DNA of 64,000 nucleotides from Hypanus sabinus. Lineage: Eukaryota. Positions 1-12,779 of this stretch are shown piece after piece (within the stretch, counting starts at the first letter, position 1; every line of letters starts with the position of its first letter). The stretch covers positions 49,414,001-49,478,000 of the forward strand of contig NC_082712.1 of NCBI RefSeq assembly GCF_030144855.1, in the 5' to 3' direction. The position numbers were made by a program, and so were the translations under genes. The notes beneath the pieces were generated by a model. That model was given only the letters and a program-made list of their open reading frames with translations. It was not told the DNA's origin and searched no databases.

Positions 1-932
1 TTTAGCAGCCAGTGGAGCAGGAGGGGTTGATAAAAATTGAAAGCGTCTATTTTTCTATATCTAATTGGCAATGATGTTTTGGACATCTATAACAGCTTTC
101 AAGTTGATGAGACAGTTTTCAAATTGGACATTCTAATTACAAAATTTGAGAAGTATTTTGTCCCAAGTGAAAATATAACATTTGGGATATGTAAGTTATT
201 TTCCTGGGATCAGAAACAAGGTGTTAACTTTGACCAATGCTTAGCTGAGCTTCACACACCGAGTAAGTCCTATGAATTTGGAGATTTCAGAGACTCACTA
301 ATTAGAGACAAAATTGTTTGTGGAATTCCAGGTAATGGGCTCAAGGAAAATTGCTCCGTGAAAATGATTTGATGCTGGAACAGGTTGTGAATGTGTGCAG
401 GACAGCAGAGACCATATGAGCACAAGCTAAGAAAAACACAATGCCAAATTGGATAAAGGGAAAGGGAAAAAAAAACCAGAAGCAGTGTCATGAGAAAAGC
501 CTTCCAGTCCTGAAACCTGTGGATCAAGTACGAATCTGAGATCACAGTTCTAGCTCGTGGTCCATGCAAGAACAGCAGACCACCCCAGAGACTGATTGAA
601 ACTTGATGAGTGAATAAGGGACTGCATTTGGTCATTACCATTGAAATTAATGTAAATATCTTTGTTGGAAAGGATTACTGTTCCTTGCAGGTACATGAGA
701 ACACAGTATTATGTTTGTGTTTCTTAAAAGAGAAGATGTGTTATTATGTGTGTACATAATAAAGAACTTCAGTTCCCAGTGGACAATGGGAGTAGTTCAC
801 CTGGAAACGGAAATGACATTGGTGAGCACATGCTCAGTGTTGAGCTGAAACTGTTCTGTAAATAAAATGTTCTAGCGTTAAACCCATGCTAAGTTTGTCT
901 TTATTAGCCTAGTTCATCTTTACCTGCCAACA
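1..932 (+). mobile_element. Internally deleted Gypsy/Ty3 LTR retrotransposon (gag fragment, integrase/pol tail, PPT, 3' LTR); 5' part lies outside the window
   Basis: ORF 37-372 is Gypsy gag-like (KFEKYFVP..DQKQG..EFGDFRDSLIRDKIVCGI). After a frameshift it continues LLRENDLMLEQVVNVCRTAE, then jumps near 430 to the integrase tail (QKQCHEKSLPVLKPVDQVRI; RPPQRLIET*). Polypurine tract aaaagagaaga at 726-736, then a TG...CA segment 737-932 containing AATAAA. Confidence 0.8.
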
Positions 933-1079
933 ATGCCAGAATTCTCCCTAGGATTTGTTAAGGATAAAGAATGTCAAGGAATTTGTACTAAAATGGACTT
1001 ACTCTTTAAAATTCTAATTAAACACTTAACACAAGCAACAGATATTCATGATTGTAGGTTTAAAATTTAGTAACAGCCA

Positions 1080-1500
1080 ACTTGCTAGAGGTACTCAGTG
1101 GATCAAACAGCATTTGTGAAGGGAAATGGACAGTCAACGTTTTGGGTCAATACTTTTCATCTGGACTAAAAAAGTAAAAGTGAGATAACCAGTATAAAGA
1201 GGTGAGCGGAAAGGGTAAAGAAACACTTACCAAGAAATAAGTGGGTCCAGGTAATGTTTGGCTAGGTAGGGGTGATAGGTAGCCAGAGGAGAGGGGAGTG
1301 GAAATAGAGACAGGGATTAGGAAGCAATAGGTGAGGTAATAGAGGGATGAAGATGATGGAATTGGATAGGGAAGGAAGTTGGAGCCTGGAATTCAATATA
1401 GGCTGAAGGAACACTAGGTGAATCATACTGGCAAGAATTAGCAACAAGGATGGAAAAAAAATAGGACTTACATAAAGTAAGTGGGAATTAAAAAAAACTA
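1080..1500 (-). mobile_element. Penelope-like element terminal repeat (pLTR) with purine-rich tail, degenerate
   Basis: Matches the terminal repeat family seen at 33460-33600 and 51829-52045; degenerate hammerhead-like core at ~1130-1167. Confidence 0.6.
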
Positions 1501-1784
1501 CTGTGTGCTAAGCAAGAGGGTTTAACTTTGAGTCAATGATGCTGGTGATCACAATGAGTCCTTGAGGAGTGTTGGCAGCAGCTAACCTTCCAAAAAACGT
1601 GGACAGCAGTGACAACATCCACCAGATTTTGCATGAGGGAAGGAAAACTTCACTGTCTGGGAGGCTCCTGAGCGAGTGCACAGCCCTCAGAGAGAACAAC
1701 GGGGTGGTTTGGGTATTTCATTGCAGGGTGTGTTCTGATAGTTGCTTGACTTGGTCAATGATTTAAATACAGACCTACAAACCA

Positions 1785-1945
1785 AAGGGATGCATGAGAC
1801 TGCAGATTCTGGAAGCTGGAGTAGCAAACAACTTTCCTAATATACCTGGACTCATTTACTGCTGGCTGGAATAATCAATAATTTCTTTCCTCCCCACAGA
1901 TCCTGCTTGACCATCTGAATCCATCCAACAGACTGCTTAATGCTA
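1785..1945. mobile_element. Short degenerate inverted-repeat derivative of the Penelope pLTR family
   Basis: ctgcagattctgga... and cacagatcctgcttgaccatctgaatccatccaacag match the two orientations of the pLTR. Confidence 0.45.
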
Positions 1946-3092
1946 CAAACAACATTTTGTGGTCTCTGTTATTACCAAATTCTCAATGCATCACACAATG
2001 ATGAATTATTACATTTCTGCACAAATATTTATGAACAAGTTTTAATGAATCGAGTTTCAGATAATATGAGAAGACATCACATTAAATAACTTTAACCTTG
2101 ATTTAAGTGTAGTTTTGTTTTTGAACTATTTAGGAGATCTTTAACTGAGGATTAGAAGCAACATTCTTGTTATTTGCCAAACAACAAACCTTCATAATAG
2201 GTTCCGAAGCTGGATTAAAACTAGGAGCTGACTATCCATATTGCATTTTTAAAGTGAGACTGGAGTTACCTTTCTATGTGAAAACAGGACAGATTGTTTG
2301 ATTCAGAAATTAGTCCAATGAAGTGGCATTGTTCCATGAGAAATTAACCATGTAAATTGTTTAGGACCTTGGACCCAGATAATCTATGACAAATGACTCA
2401 TTAGTTTGCCATACTATCTTCGTTTTGTGTAATGTCTTTATAACTGTTAATTGGTCATATTGCCTTTGGTGAAATTGTACTACAGTTCTGAGTTGCTTCC
2501 ATAATGTTTAGTTCCAACTGCAGATCTGGACCCTGGCATTTCAATCTCTCACATTCACAGCTGGGGAATTGCTTTGTCCCTGGGTGTTAACTTGCAAAGA
2601 CAGTTATGACTGATCGTTGTCCTTTACGTTTTCAAATGATTTTACAGAGTCTGTATCAAAGTATCAACATCCATAATAGAATCTTAGGTAGATACATGTC
2701 TTGAATGCCACGGGATGAGGAGGGAGAGATCTGGGATCTACTGGTGGTACCTATGTTCTTGCTTTTTTGATCTTGCATCTGTCACCACCCACTCAGCTAT
2801 ACTGCTTCCCTAGTCCCTTCTCAAACCTCCTCAATGCAGAAAACAGTATGCAGCACAGTCAAGACACTAAAGATAAATGGAATCCCTATCTGAGATATTT
2901 GAAGAGAAAAGCATGCTTGGGAGCACGATTATTTCCAAGTGTTCTTCAGAGGTGAAGCGGAGGAGGGAGCTAAATGTACCAAGTGCTTTTGGGGGTTTAT
3001 GGTGACAACTTGAATTTTCAAATCCTACCACATTCAGCAAAGGGCAGTGCTGCCTATTAAGATTATCAAGGTTGTGAACTCCACATATCACC

Positions 3093-3985
3093 CATAGAAC
3101 AGTACAGTACTGAATAGAAACCGGCCTTACAGCCCACAATGTCTGCACTGAATGTGATGCCAGCTTAAACTAAACCTCTTCTGCCTTCACAGGAACCATA
3201 TCCATCTATACACTGCGGTTTCAGTAGTCCAGCTAACAGTCTCTTAAACACCACTATCATCCCTGCTTTAGCCACTCCACCCAGCAACCCATTCAAGGCA
3301 CCTATGACTGCCCATGTGTATAAAAAGAATCTTGCACTGCATTTCTCCTTTGAAGTTTCCCTTTCTCACCCCAGTGCATATTTTCTAGGACTTGACGTTT
3401 CTATTCTGGGAGAAAAGATTCTGACTGTCTATCTGATGCACCATCAATAACTCTCTCTGAGACGTAAAGGCGAGATATCGGCTTTTATTGACTGGAAGAA
3501 GGAACAAGCAGTGGTTGACCACCATACTACATCCTGGAGACTGAGAGGCTGGGCTCAGACCTCAATCGCCTTTATACAGGGGTCTGTGGGAGGAGCCACA
3601 GGAGCAGTCAGCAGGGGGCGTGTCCAGACAGGTATATGTAGTTCACCACTCTATCCCAACTATGTATCTCATAATCTTATAAATTCTGTCAGGTGTCCCC
3701 TCAGCCTCAGAAGCTCCAGAGTAAACAAACCAAGTTCTAACCTCCACTTATAGCTCATATTCCATAATCCGGGCAGTATCCTGGAAAACCACTTCTGCAC
3801 TCGTTTCAAAGCCTCCACATCCTTCCTGTAATAGGTCAGCCTGAAGTGCTTAAAATGCGCTTAGGATGGCCTAACAAAAGTTTTATATAACCACAATATG
3901 ACATCTCACCTCCTGTACACTGCTCTGACCAATGAAAGCAAGAATGTACCGTGCCTTCTTTACCAGATTATCTACATTGTGTTGC
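3093..3985 (-). mobile_element. CR1-clade LINE 3' portion, interrupted by a solo LTR
   Basis: Similar to the CR1 3' regions at 29985-30965 and 61490-61890; the solo LTR splits it at 3434-3650. Confidence 0.7.
3434..3650 (-). mobile_element. Solo LTR (~217 bp)
   Basis: Reverse complement of the 13087-13306 copy; 5-bp TSD ctatc at 3429-3433 and 3651-3655; TATAAA and AATAAA on the minus strand. Confidence 0.9.
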
Positions 3986-4099
3986 CTCAAGCATCATCTT
4001 CATTGCCTTCTTGTCACTTATCAAATGATACTGGCTTGTACTGCATTATGCAAGAGCTGCAATCTTTTCCAGCCATGGAAGAATTTGGAATTAAGAATC

Positions 4100-4506
4100 T
4101 TGTCCAGAAGAATGAGAGGATATAGAAACATGTGAATTTGTGAAAAGGGTAGATAAGAGAGTTGAAGTTGTTTCCACTGGTAGGTGAGACTAAGAACTAG
4201 GGGACATAGCTTCAAGATTTGGGGGACTAGATTTAGGATGGAGATGAGGAGGGACTGCTTTTCCCAGAGAGTAGTGAATCTGTAGAATTCTCTGCCCAAT
4301 GAAGCAGTGGAGGCTCCCTCAGTAAATATATTTAAGACAAGATTGAATAGATTTTTTCATAGTAGGGGAATCAAGGGTTATATGGAAAAGGCATGTAGGT
4401 GGAGTTGAATCCATGGCCAGATCAGCCATGATCTTATTGAATGGCTGAATAGGCTTGATGGGCCAGATGGCCTACTCGTGCCCCTATTTCTTATGTTCTT
4501 ATGTTC
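4100..4506 (+). mobile_element. CR1-clade LINE 3' end
   Basis: Typical CR1 C-terminal coding remnant (actaggggacatagcttcaag, TRGHS) and 3' UTR ending in (ttcttatg)n. Confidence 0.8.
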
Positions 4507-4664
4507 CACATGCATACATGCCAATGCTGTGTATGCATCCCACAAAATTCCACTACCCTTTCTGTGTAATCAATAAATAATTGAACTTTTTAAATGTTTT
4601 GTATGCTAGGCACATCCCAAAACACAGCACAGATAATGAAGTTCTCCCAAAGATTTTTGTACCT

Positions 4665-5205
4665 TATCCTGAGGCCTCCGTTGGTCAGGGTTGACCATGG
4701 ATGTTGCATCCTAGTTGTCTAGATTCGCAAGCCAGGGGAGTACAATACAGAGAGCGAGCTGTTGGCCATCTAGCAAGCTCTCCCTCTCCACGCAACTGGT
4801 AAACCCAAAGGAACGGCAGAGCCTGATACAGTTTGGCTTCAGGAGCATCACAGGACTTGCTAGTAGTGTTGAACTCAACACAGGACTACCTCAGGGGCTC
4901 TGGCTCCAGACATTTCCCTCGGGGTTTACTCCCAAGGCTTTCCCCAAGAATAGGTAGAGCTGCAAGGCAGTGGAGGTTTGAGATCAGGATTTTTCTTCTC
5001 TGAGATCAGTTGCCAACTACAGCTGATGAGCCCCATTGGCCCAAAGCGACTGGTTTTAAGCCAGCAGTAACCCGCCTTTTCCCCTTCTCCTGTCAGGCTT
5101 AGTAACTAAACCACACATAAAGGCCAGGAGCTGGACTTGGTTGTCAGAGGCTATTTGAGGTGGCTGGGAGTGTTTAATAGACAGCAGGAACTTATCCCCA
5201 TTACC
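4665..5205 (-). mobile_element. RTE-like non-autonomous retroposon (structured 5' region plus short tail)
   Basis: GC-richer block with sharp boundaries, resembling RTE-derived short elements; family call is by recognition only. Confidence 0.45.
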
Positions 5206-5929
5206 AACTCTGACTATAATAACTCTAACAAATGAATGCCTGAGAGTCAGCTGATGACTGTTTCTTGTCATTCCACAATGCCAGGTGTATGAGAGTTGCT
5301 GAGCTTTATACCACATGGCAGTGTTTCAAAGTTAAATCTCAGCTGACGGTTTCAGCTTAAAAACTCGCATGAGCACAGCAGCTTTTTGTTTAAAAAGAAA
5401 ACTAAGGCAGGTTAAGAACATGTTGTTTCTGTTACTGTGATGGATTTTGGATGGTTAACACACCTAGGTTTTGACAGACTAACCTCACTTTGGGAATAAG
5501 ACATTTCCCTCAGTGTCGCCAGCTTGCTTCTTTGTCATGCGAATAAATGTGCTTTTTTTAATAATTTTAATTTTGCCAGCTTGTACTTGAGCCAAGCTGC
5601 TTCTCATACAGCTAGTATTTTTCAAAGAAATAAAATGATGAGGTCACAACGGGGGTTCCATTATGATGCTAATGAACCATGCTGAAATGCCAGAGGCGTC
5701 CATTTTGTGTCTCATCTTCCGTTCTAAAGTAAAATAACAGCTTCTGCTTAAAATCCTAGCAGCATTGAAGGAATAAGTATTTAATGAAAGTGCATTTAAA
5801 AATATACCTCAAACATTGCTGGTTGGTGAATCTAAAACATTGTAACATTAGATAAAAGGTACAATGTTGATTTACCTCCTATTGCAAATTTCTCCCAGAT
5901 TAAAACTAGGTCGCATTTTGCAAAGCAAC

Positions 5930-6240
5930 TCAGTCATAGAGAGACATGAAAACAGGCCCTTCAGCCCATCAAGTCAGTGCCAACCATACACCATCTATTT
6001 TATATTAATCTTACTCAAGCCTTCTTTACTCGTACCCCTTTCTCATAAATGTGCTTCAGGTTTTAACCCTTACATACTCATAATGACCAGTTAATCTACA
6101 CCTTTGGCACGGAGGAGAAAACTGGATCTGGAGGGAACCTGTACAGTTGCAGGGAAAATGTGCAAACTTCACACCCAAGGACAGTACCCAAGGTCAGAAC
6201 TGATCCCAGTGGCTCTACTAAAGGCATCACTCTGACATCC
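5930..6240 (-). mobile_element. HE1/V-SINE-like tRNA-derived SINE with CR1-type tail, degenerate
   Basis: V-domain-like ggagaaaactgga..gggaaaatgtgcaaactt..cacacccaaggacagtacccaaggtcagaactgatccc and CR1-type tail aaacaggcccttcagccca. Confidence 0.6.
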
Positions 6241-8065
6241 CTACAATGTATTCAAAAGGCTGACAATTTCTCAATAATGTGAACAATGGGGGAATCAGCA
6301 CTCAAAGAAGACCCATGTGTGTTATTACCAGTAGTGCAAATTTAAGGTTCATTATTAAAGATTTTGGCAGAGATGCAAATTTCAGGATATTGAAAAACAT
6401 TAACTTGAGCTTACTTACAGAGCCAGAGCCTTCAGTCTGACAACTTCATCCTGACATAATTAGAACAACAAAGCAAAGGATTATTTCAGCATAATAAATT
6501 AAAACATCAGAATTGACTATGTTTCTATTTTAGTCATTTTTAGTCTTGGTCTTTATTCAACCAAGAATATGCTTATCAGATAAAAGGAAGTTTTACCAAA
6601 CTTAGAGAGTAAAACACAAACTTGACCAAAGCAGCAGAGACTCAGCAATGTGGAATTTCACAGCGTGGAATTAAGCTTTGAACTTTGATCTAGAATATCT
6701 GGGGTTTGAAGGAGACATCACAAAACCGTATCATGCTGAGTTAATGTGAGGTTTGAAGTTAAATTATTTGTATAAATTTTCCATGTTTCCTGGAACTTTC
6801 CAATGAAATTAAGGTGGGAACATAGAAGAAGTTAAAGAATTTACAATTTTATAGCTGCTTTCTTGAATGTTTCCTTGAAAGGCTTTGCTCACAGACGTTG
6901 AGCTGCAGTTAACTTTTGTGAAGTTTGAAGTTTCCTCTGCAGAACTTATAGGCTAGTTGTGGTAGTGCAGGCATGGCTTTTGCATTCTAACTTTTGAGAC
7001 TTAGATGCATTCCAAGGTGAAGATCTGCAGGTCCAACAATAGCAGGAATAGCCACAGTTTATTCCTCTAAGACCTGTAACCCTAAAGAATGGAAAAGGAA
7101 CAATAAAGTGAATCCAGACTCACTATAGAGGAGAGTAAACTTTATGTCTGATATGTTCGGTTTGAATTAGTGGGTATGCTGATTTGTGGCTCTGACAGAA
7201 TCATTTCAAATTCAGAATGTCAACAACTGCATAGTGTGGTTTTCCCCTGTGCTTATCAACCACAATATCTGCAATACTACCCTACTGCTAGGGGAATACA
7301 AACACAAAGCATCATTTTGCAAAGTTTCCATGAGTCCTTCAACAGGCCTCCCAGCTTTCTGCTGATACTGGAACATGACTAGTGATTTCCATCCAGGACT
7401 TAACCATTGATGCCTTAAAGACAATTATTTAGAATTTATTGAACCACCAATATGATACCTAGATACTAAGCTCACTGTCCATCCACCCTTACTCAATACA
7501 AGAGAGATGGGCTTACACCTGTACAGACTACAAAATAACAAAATGGGTCTTATCTTTCCTCACACATTATTGACATTGAGCATGTGAGAAAGTGAAGATA
7601 AATGATGTCCATCTTATCTAAAATTGAAAAAGAAACTTTAGAATATAAAGGTGCACAGAAGGTCCAGGCTCATATTCTTGAACAAATATAGCCCGTTCTT
7701 TGTCTGCCCATGTGGTACAATGCCCTGCAAGGGTGGAGGCAGTCTGCTCAGACCACTGCTTTTACTGTTGAGATGCTTTGCCTGGAGATCAGTAGGATAT
7801 TCTGCAGTCTATGAGTGCTCTGCCATTGATCTTTTTCCACAGAAACTGCCTGACCTATGATGTGTTTCTACCTCTTGCTTTTACTAAATAATAATATATA
7901 AATAAAATAATGTCAGTGCCAATGAAAGAATTTCAGGTTCTCTAGGGAACTACCAGTGCAACGTGCACCATATCCTGCTTTTACTATTTCAAAAAGTTAA
8001 GTTCTAACCCTAAGTCTCTAATCCTTCTTTATCAACCCAAAAAGGCACAAGCCTCTGACAATTCC

Positions 8066-8395
8066 TAAACACAAGAGATCCAGAGTAACACACAAAAAGT
8101 GATGGGGGAAAATAGAGGCTATGCAGTAGGGAAATTCTAGGCAGTCTCCGGAGTAGGTTACATGGTCGGCACAACATTGTGGGCTGAAGGGCCTGTAATG
8201 TGCTGTAATTTCTATGTTTCTATGTAACTCAGCAGGACAGGCAGCTTTTATAGAAAGGAATCAAGACATTGTTTCTGGCCGAGACCCTTCATCAGAACTC
8301 ACTTCAAGAGTCTTGAGCCAAAATGTCGGCTCTTTGTTCCTTTCCGTAGATGCTGTCTGAATTGCTGAGTTCCTCCAGCAGTTTTTCTGTGTTAC
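8066..8395. mobile_element. Palindromic Penelope-pLTR-derived element with a nested CR1 3' tail (~8110-8225)
   Basis: Left and right arms are inverted copies (aactcagcaggacaggcagc / gctgtctgaattgctgagtt). The insert ends in (tttctatg)n and matches 17805-17915. Confidence 0.75.
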
Positions 8396-9044
8396 CACTG
8401 ACAATTAACGTTGAAATATCCATGCTTTGAACCTAAAGTTCAAGACATGTACCGTCTAGCAAAGAGCCAAAGCTGCATGACCTGAAGTTGCATGTCTTTG
8501 TGATGTTGCAGCTTTATTATAGTAAAAATCTAGGATTTTGGTGAAGATCCAATTGGTTTATGGGCTAGAGAAATAGAGTGCTATATAATACACAGCCAAC
8601 ACTTGAAATTTAACTTTAGTTGGGATGATTCTGGGAAAGATTACTTGAAAATTATGGAGCACAGTAAAACCACAGCTAAATTGGAAATGAAAGGGCCCAA
8701 TTTAAAATGGGCAGCATAAAACCCCATAAGGTGACCACAAATAATAATCTTCTGTTGCAATGTGCCTCCTCGGCATACATCTGGGAAAAGAAACAGGATA
8801 CGACATACATGTGGGATATGGTGTAAGCAACTGTTTTCGCCTTACTTGATGTAGTAACTTTGGATAAACAAAGACTTCATCTTTTCACATTCCCTCTTAC
8901 ATTGTATAGAATCTTTAGTTTTCCTTGTAGCGTAACTTATTTTCAATGGTAGCAGCATTTGTCCAGTCATCATCCTGCCCTCCCTCATTTATTAAAATAT
9001 TCCCTGTACTTCACACTTTCATTGCTTTTATTGTAAAACAATTG

Positions 9045-9540
9045 TCTTAGAGAAATACATAATGGAAATAGGCCCTTTGGCCCATTGCTTCCATGCTGAC
9101 CATCAACCATGCAATTACACCAAACCTACATTAAATCCACAATCTGTTCTCTCCACATTACTATCAGTGTCATCTCCAATTTCTACCTAAGTGACAATTT
9201 AGCGTGGGCAACTTAGATCTCTTAATTTTCCTCATCATGGCCTTTCACCTTATTGTCTGCCTGCGCTATGCTTTCCTATAACTGTAACACTATACGCTAC
9301 ATTTGTTACTGCTTTACCCTTGACATACCTCAATACAACCATGTGGTGAAATGACCTGTACTGATGGCACGCAAAACAACCTCTTTCATTGTACACCTAT
9401 ATATCTGACCATAATGACCTGAAGTTGCATGTCTTTGTGATGTTGCAGAAAACTGGAGTACCTGCAGGAAGCCTACACAGTCACAGGGAGGATGAGCAAA
9501 CTCCAAATATACAGTGCCCAAGGTCAGAATTGAGCTTCAT
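9045..9540 (-). mobile_element. HE1/V-SINE-like SINE interrupted by a plus-strand Rex1/Babar-type 3' tail (~9220-9413)
   Basis: CR1-type tail at 9045-9215 and V-domain at 9420-9540; the middle segment matches the tails at 11640-11870 and 20140-20345. Confidence 0.55.
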
Positions 9541-9779
9541 CGCTGAAGTTTTCTATAAGGGTTGGAATTTGATGATCTGTTGTTTGCTGAACTGACACAG
9601 CCCTGAAGCAAATATAATGGGAACCAGCTCACCTCCCCCACCATTTGTAGAAGGCACAACATGTCGAAGGCGCTACGATCATCATCTAAGACCACAATTT
9701 GCTAATTCAATACGAGCAAGCGCAAGATGTGTTTTAACACAAAATATATTCAGCTACTGAATGGTAGATATAGCTACTA

Positions 9780-10235
9780 GATACTGTACATCAGTGCTTG
9801 GTTTGGCAATTTCTCTGCCCAAGTCTGAAAAATATTGCAGAGAGTCATGAACGTAGCCTAGTCCATCATGAAGACCAGCTGTCTTCTAACTCTGTCGACA
9901 CTTCTCGCATCCTTGGCAAAGCAGGGCCACTGTCATCCCGTTGCACAGAAAATGCAAAAGCTTGAGAACGCATACCTTCAGGCTCAAGGACAGCTTCTCT
10001 CCCAGCATTATGAGATTCTGCAATGGGCACCATGTACAATAACGGTGAACACGTAGTTGCCCTAGCACTTTATTATTCTACCCGCAGTGCATTTCCTCCA
10101 TATCTGTAAACATTTATTTTGCATTCCATTTCCCTTTTTACTGCCTTGATATGCATGGAATGAATGCATGGAGAGGATGAAAACAAAAATTTTCCACAGG
10201 TATTTCAGTAGATGTGGCGATAATAAACCATTACA
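9780..10235 (+). mobile_element. Rex1/Babar-type LINE 3' fragment
   Basis: Coding remnant (gcagagagtcatgaacgtagcctagtccatcatg; caggctcaaggacagcttct) and 3' UTR ending taataaacca. Confidence 0.6.
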
Positions 10236-11469
10236 ATAACACTAATAAATATCACGGGTCACTAGTAAACTTGATGCAGGATAACCTTATAAAAAGTGAC
10301 TTGACAATCCACTTCTTATGAGTGGATTTTCTCATTTGGTTTGTCATCGTCATGATGATCTGTCAAAAGCTGTATTATTTTATCAATTTCAGTTAGACCC
10401 TCTGAAGTCTTGTGACATTTGTACTAGTGGCAAATGTTATTTAGAAGTAAGGAAAGAGAAGTGTTTTGAGTTGGGAAGCTGTTTATGATTAAGATACTAA
10501 AATTCTCCAACAATGACATGGGGCTTTGTGGATTTTGATTCCATCCATGACGAAAATAGAGCAAGTATCAAACTAAATTAAGATACTAATTCAAAATGCC
10601 TTTGACAACCAACCTTGGAATTGGTGGCATGAAATGTTAATAGTGATGTGGAAAGAACAGTTTCATTAAGATGGGTTCGATGTCTGTACTGTTTATAACA
10701 TAAGGAAGAAATTAAATTGAATGAGAGTGCATTAGACACTTCCAAATCTTTAAAGCAGATAAACATTATGAAACCACCCAAGGATAAAATTTAATCTAAA
10801 TAAATAGAAAATGAAAGGATGCCTGTAATATATCCATAACTACAAACACATAGCACAAAATTGTTTAATCAAATGTCAGAGCCTGCTTTTGAAAACATAA
10901 ATTTCCAAAAAACCTTAAATTATTACTTGCAGAATTATAAATACAAAGGTCTAAGAGGTGCACAGAAGTGATCAAATCTGAGATTGAAATTGAGTTCCAT
11001 CATTGAATCCAAAGAATTGAGAAATCTGCTGCAAATAATCTAATGAAACTTTAACAGCAGTTATATATCAGAGACAAAAAAAGATTCAGCTCCTCGGGGA
11101 AAACCTTTGGGAAACAAACAAAACAAATTGTGAATGAAAGTAATATCAAACTGACCGCATGTCATTACTGATTCCCAGCTCTCTTGCTTATCCTTTCTTT
11201 TATGTCACTTAACAAACTTTGACCCCGTTTGTAAATTTAAAAGAATTCTGAACATTTACAACCAGCTTTCTCCTGGTGCTGCTTGTGTGGATTAGATGTT
11301 AAACCATTAGGAGTGAGTTCGACTTTGGAGTGAAGTTGCAGCTTCTGTGGAAGAAGTGAGAAGTAAATTTATGAAAGATCTCATAGTGAATGCCTCAATT
11401 TTTGATTCAAGTACCTTACTCTCCTGGAATGAAATTATAACCTCTTTCATCGTAATTGTGACCTAATTT

Positions 11470-11870
11470 AAAGAAGCCAGCAGAATCAAAGACCCATTCC
11501 ACTCAGAAATTCTCTTGTCTCCCTGTTTTTCAACTGGGCAGAGGATACAAAAGCTTGAGAATACGTACCACTTGGCTCAACATCAGCTTCTATCACTTTG
11601 TTAAAAAGAATTTTGAATGGACGGTGTACATTGAAGATGAATCATTCACCTCACCATCTACAAACATGTGTACTTTGCCAAGGCCCTTGTGTTTTGTTGT
11701 TTGCTAGCACTGCACCTACTCTGTATCAATAACACTATGTTCTGCATTTTGTTATTGCTTTCCCTTGTACTAACTCAAAGCACGTGTTTTGAAAAGAGCT
11801 GTAAGGAAGGCCTGCAAAATTAAGTTTTTCACTGTATGTCAGTACATGTGAAAATAATAAAACAAAACCC
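11470..11870 (+). mobile_element. Rex1/Babar-type LINE 3' fragment
   Basis: gaagccagcagaatcaaagacccattccac...gggcagaggatacaaaagcttg; the 3' UTR matches 20140-20345. Confidence 0.65.
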
Positions 11871-12079
11871 AGTTACTTAATATCTAAACAGATTCATGGC
11901 TATTCAAACAAAATTGTTATTTTCCAAGAATATTATGATGTAAAATAGTGAAGAATCAGTCTTTTACCCAAACGTCACGATTTATAAAAAGGAAAGTAGT
12001 GTACACTATTACTAAAACATTATTTCTGAGATTCTAATTCTCATACATTTCCCATTAAAGGCTTGAGGAACAGATACTC

Positions 12080-12350
12080 TTCACTCTCCTCTCTCTTGTC
12101 CTCTAAGTTTCCTTCCTCTCCAGCCCTTTACTTTTCCCACCTTCCTGGCTTCACCTTGCACCTTATAGCCTTACCTCCTTCACCCCCTCCCCCGATCTTT
12201 TTATTCTAAAATCTTTCTCTTTTCTTTCCAGTTCTGATGAAGGGACTTGGCTTAAAACAATAACAGTTCCATTGCCTGATCTGCTGAGTTCCTCCAGCAT
12301 TTTGTGTGTGTTGCTCTGGATTTCCAGCATTTGCAGAACCTCTTCGGTTT
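12080..12350 (+). mobile_element. Penelope-like element 3' end / pLTR
   Basis: Pyrimidine-rich tail followed by ttctgatgaagggacttggc...gctgagttcctccagcattttgtgtgtg. Confidence 0.7.
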
Positions 12351-12779
12351 AGACTCTAAGCAGATCTGGCAATCCGACATTGTAAAATACTGTGGGCACG
12401 AGCAGCAGTAGAACTGCTGTATATTAATTAATATACCTTAATTTTATCCGATGCACATTTCTCTGGGATATCCAACCATTCCACAGTGCTGTTGGAAAGA
12501 TAATTTCATGATTTTCAAGGTGATGGAGGGGTTAGTGAGTCAGAGATGGCAGAATGAAATTCAACAGAAATGGCGGGAAGATCATGGTGCAGTGAATGGT
12601 TAGGCTGGATGAGACAAACAGAGCAGTGACGAGTCTGATGACAGGCCACAACATCATCCAACCAATCACATCTGTTAGCAACACAAAATCAGAAGCCAGC
12701 AAAATTTAACAGTGTGTGTGTATTTTATAAGCCTTAGATTAAATGCTTTGTTGAGAGGAACATTGTATTTTTGTTTGGT

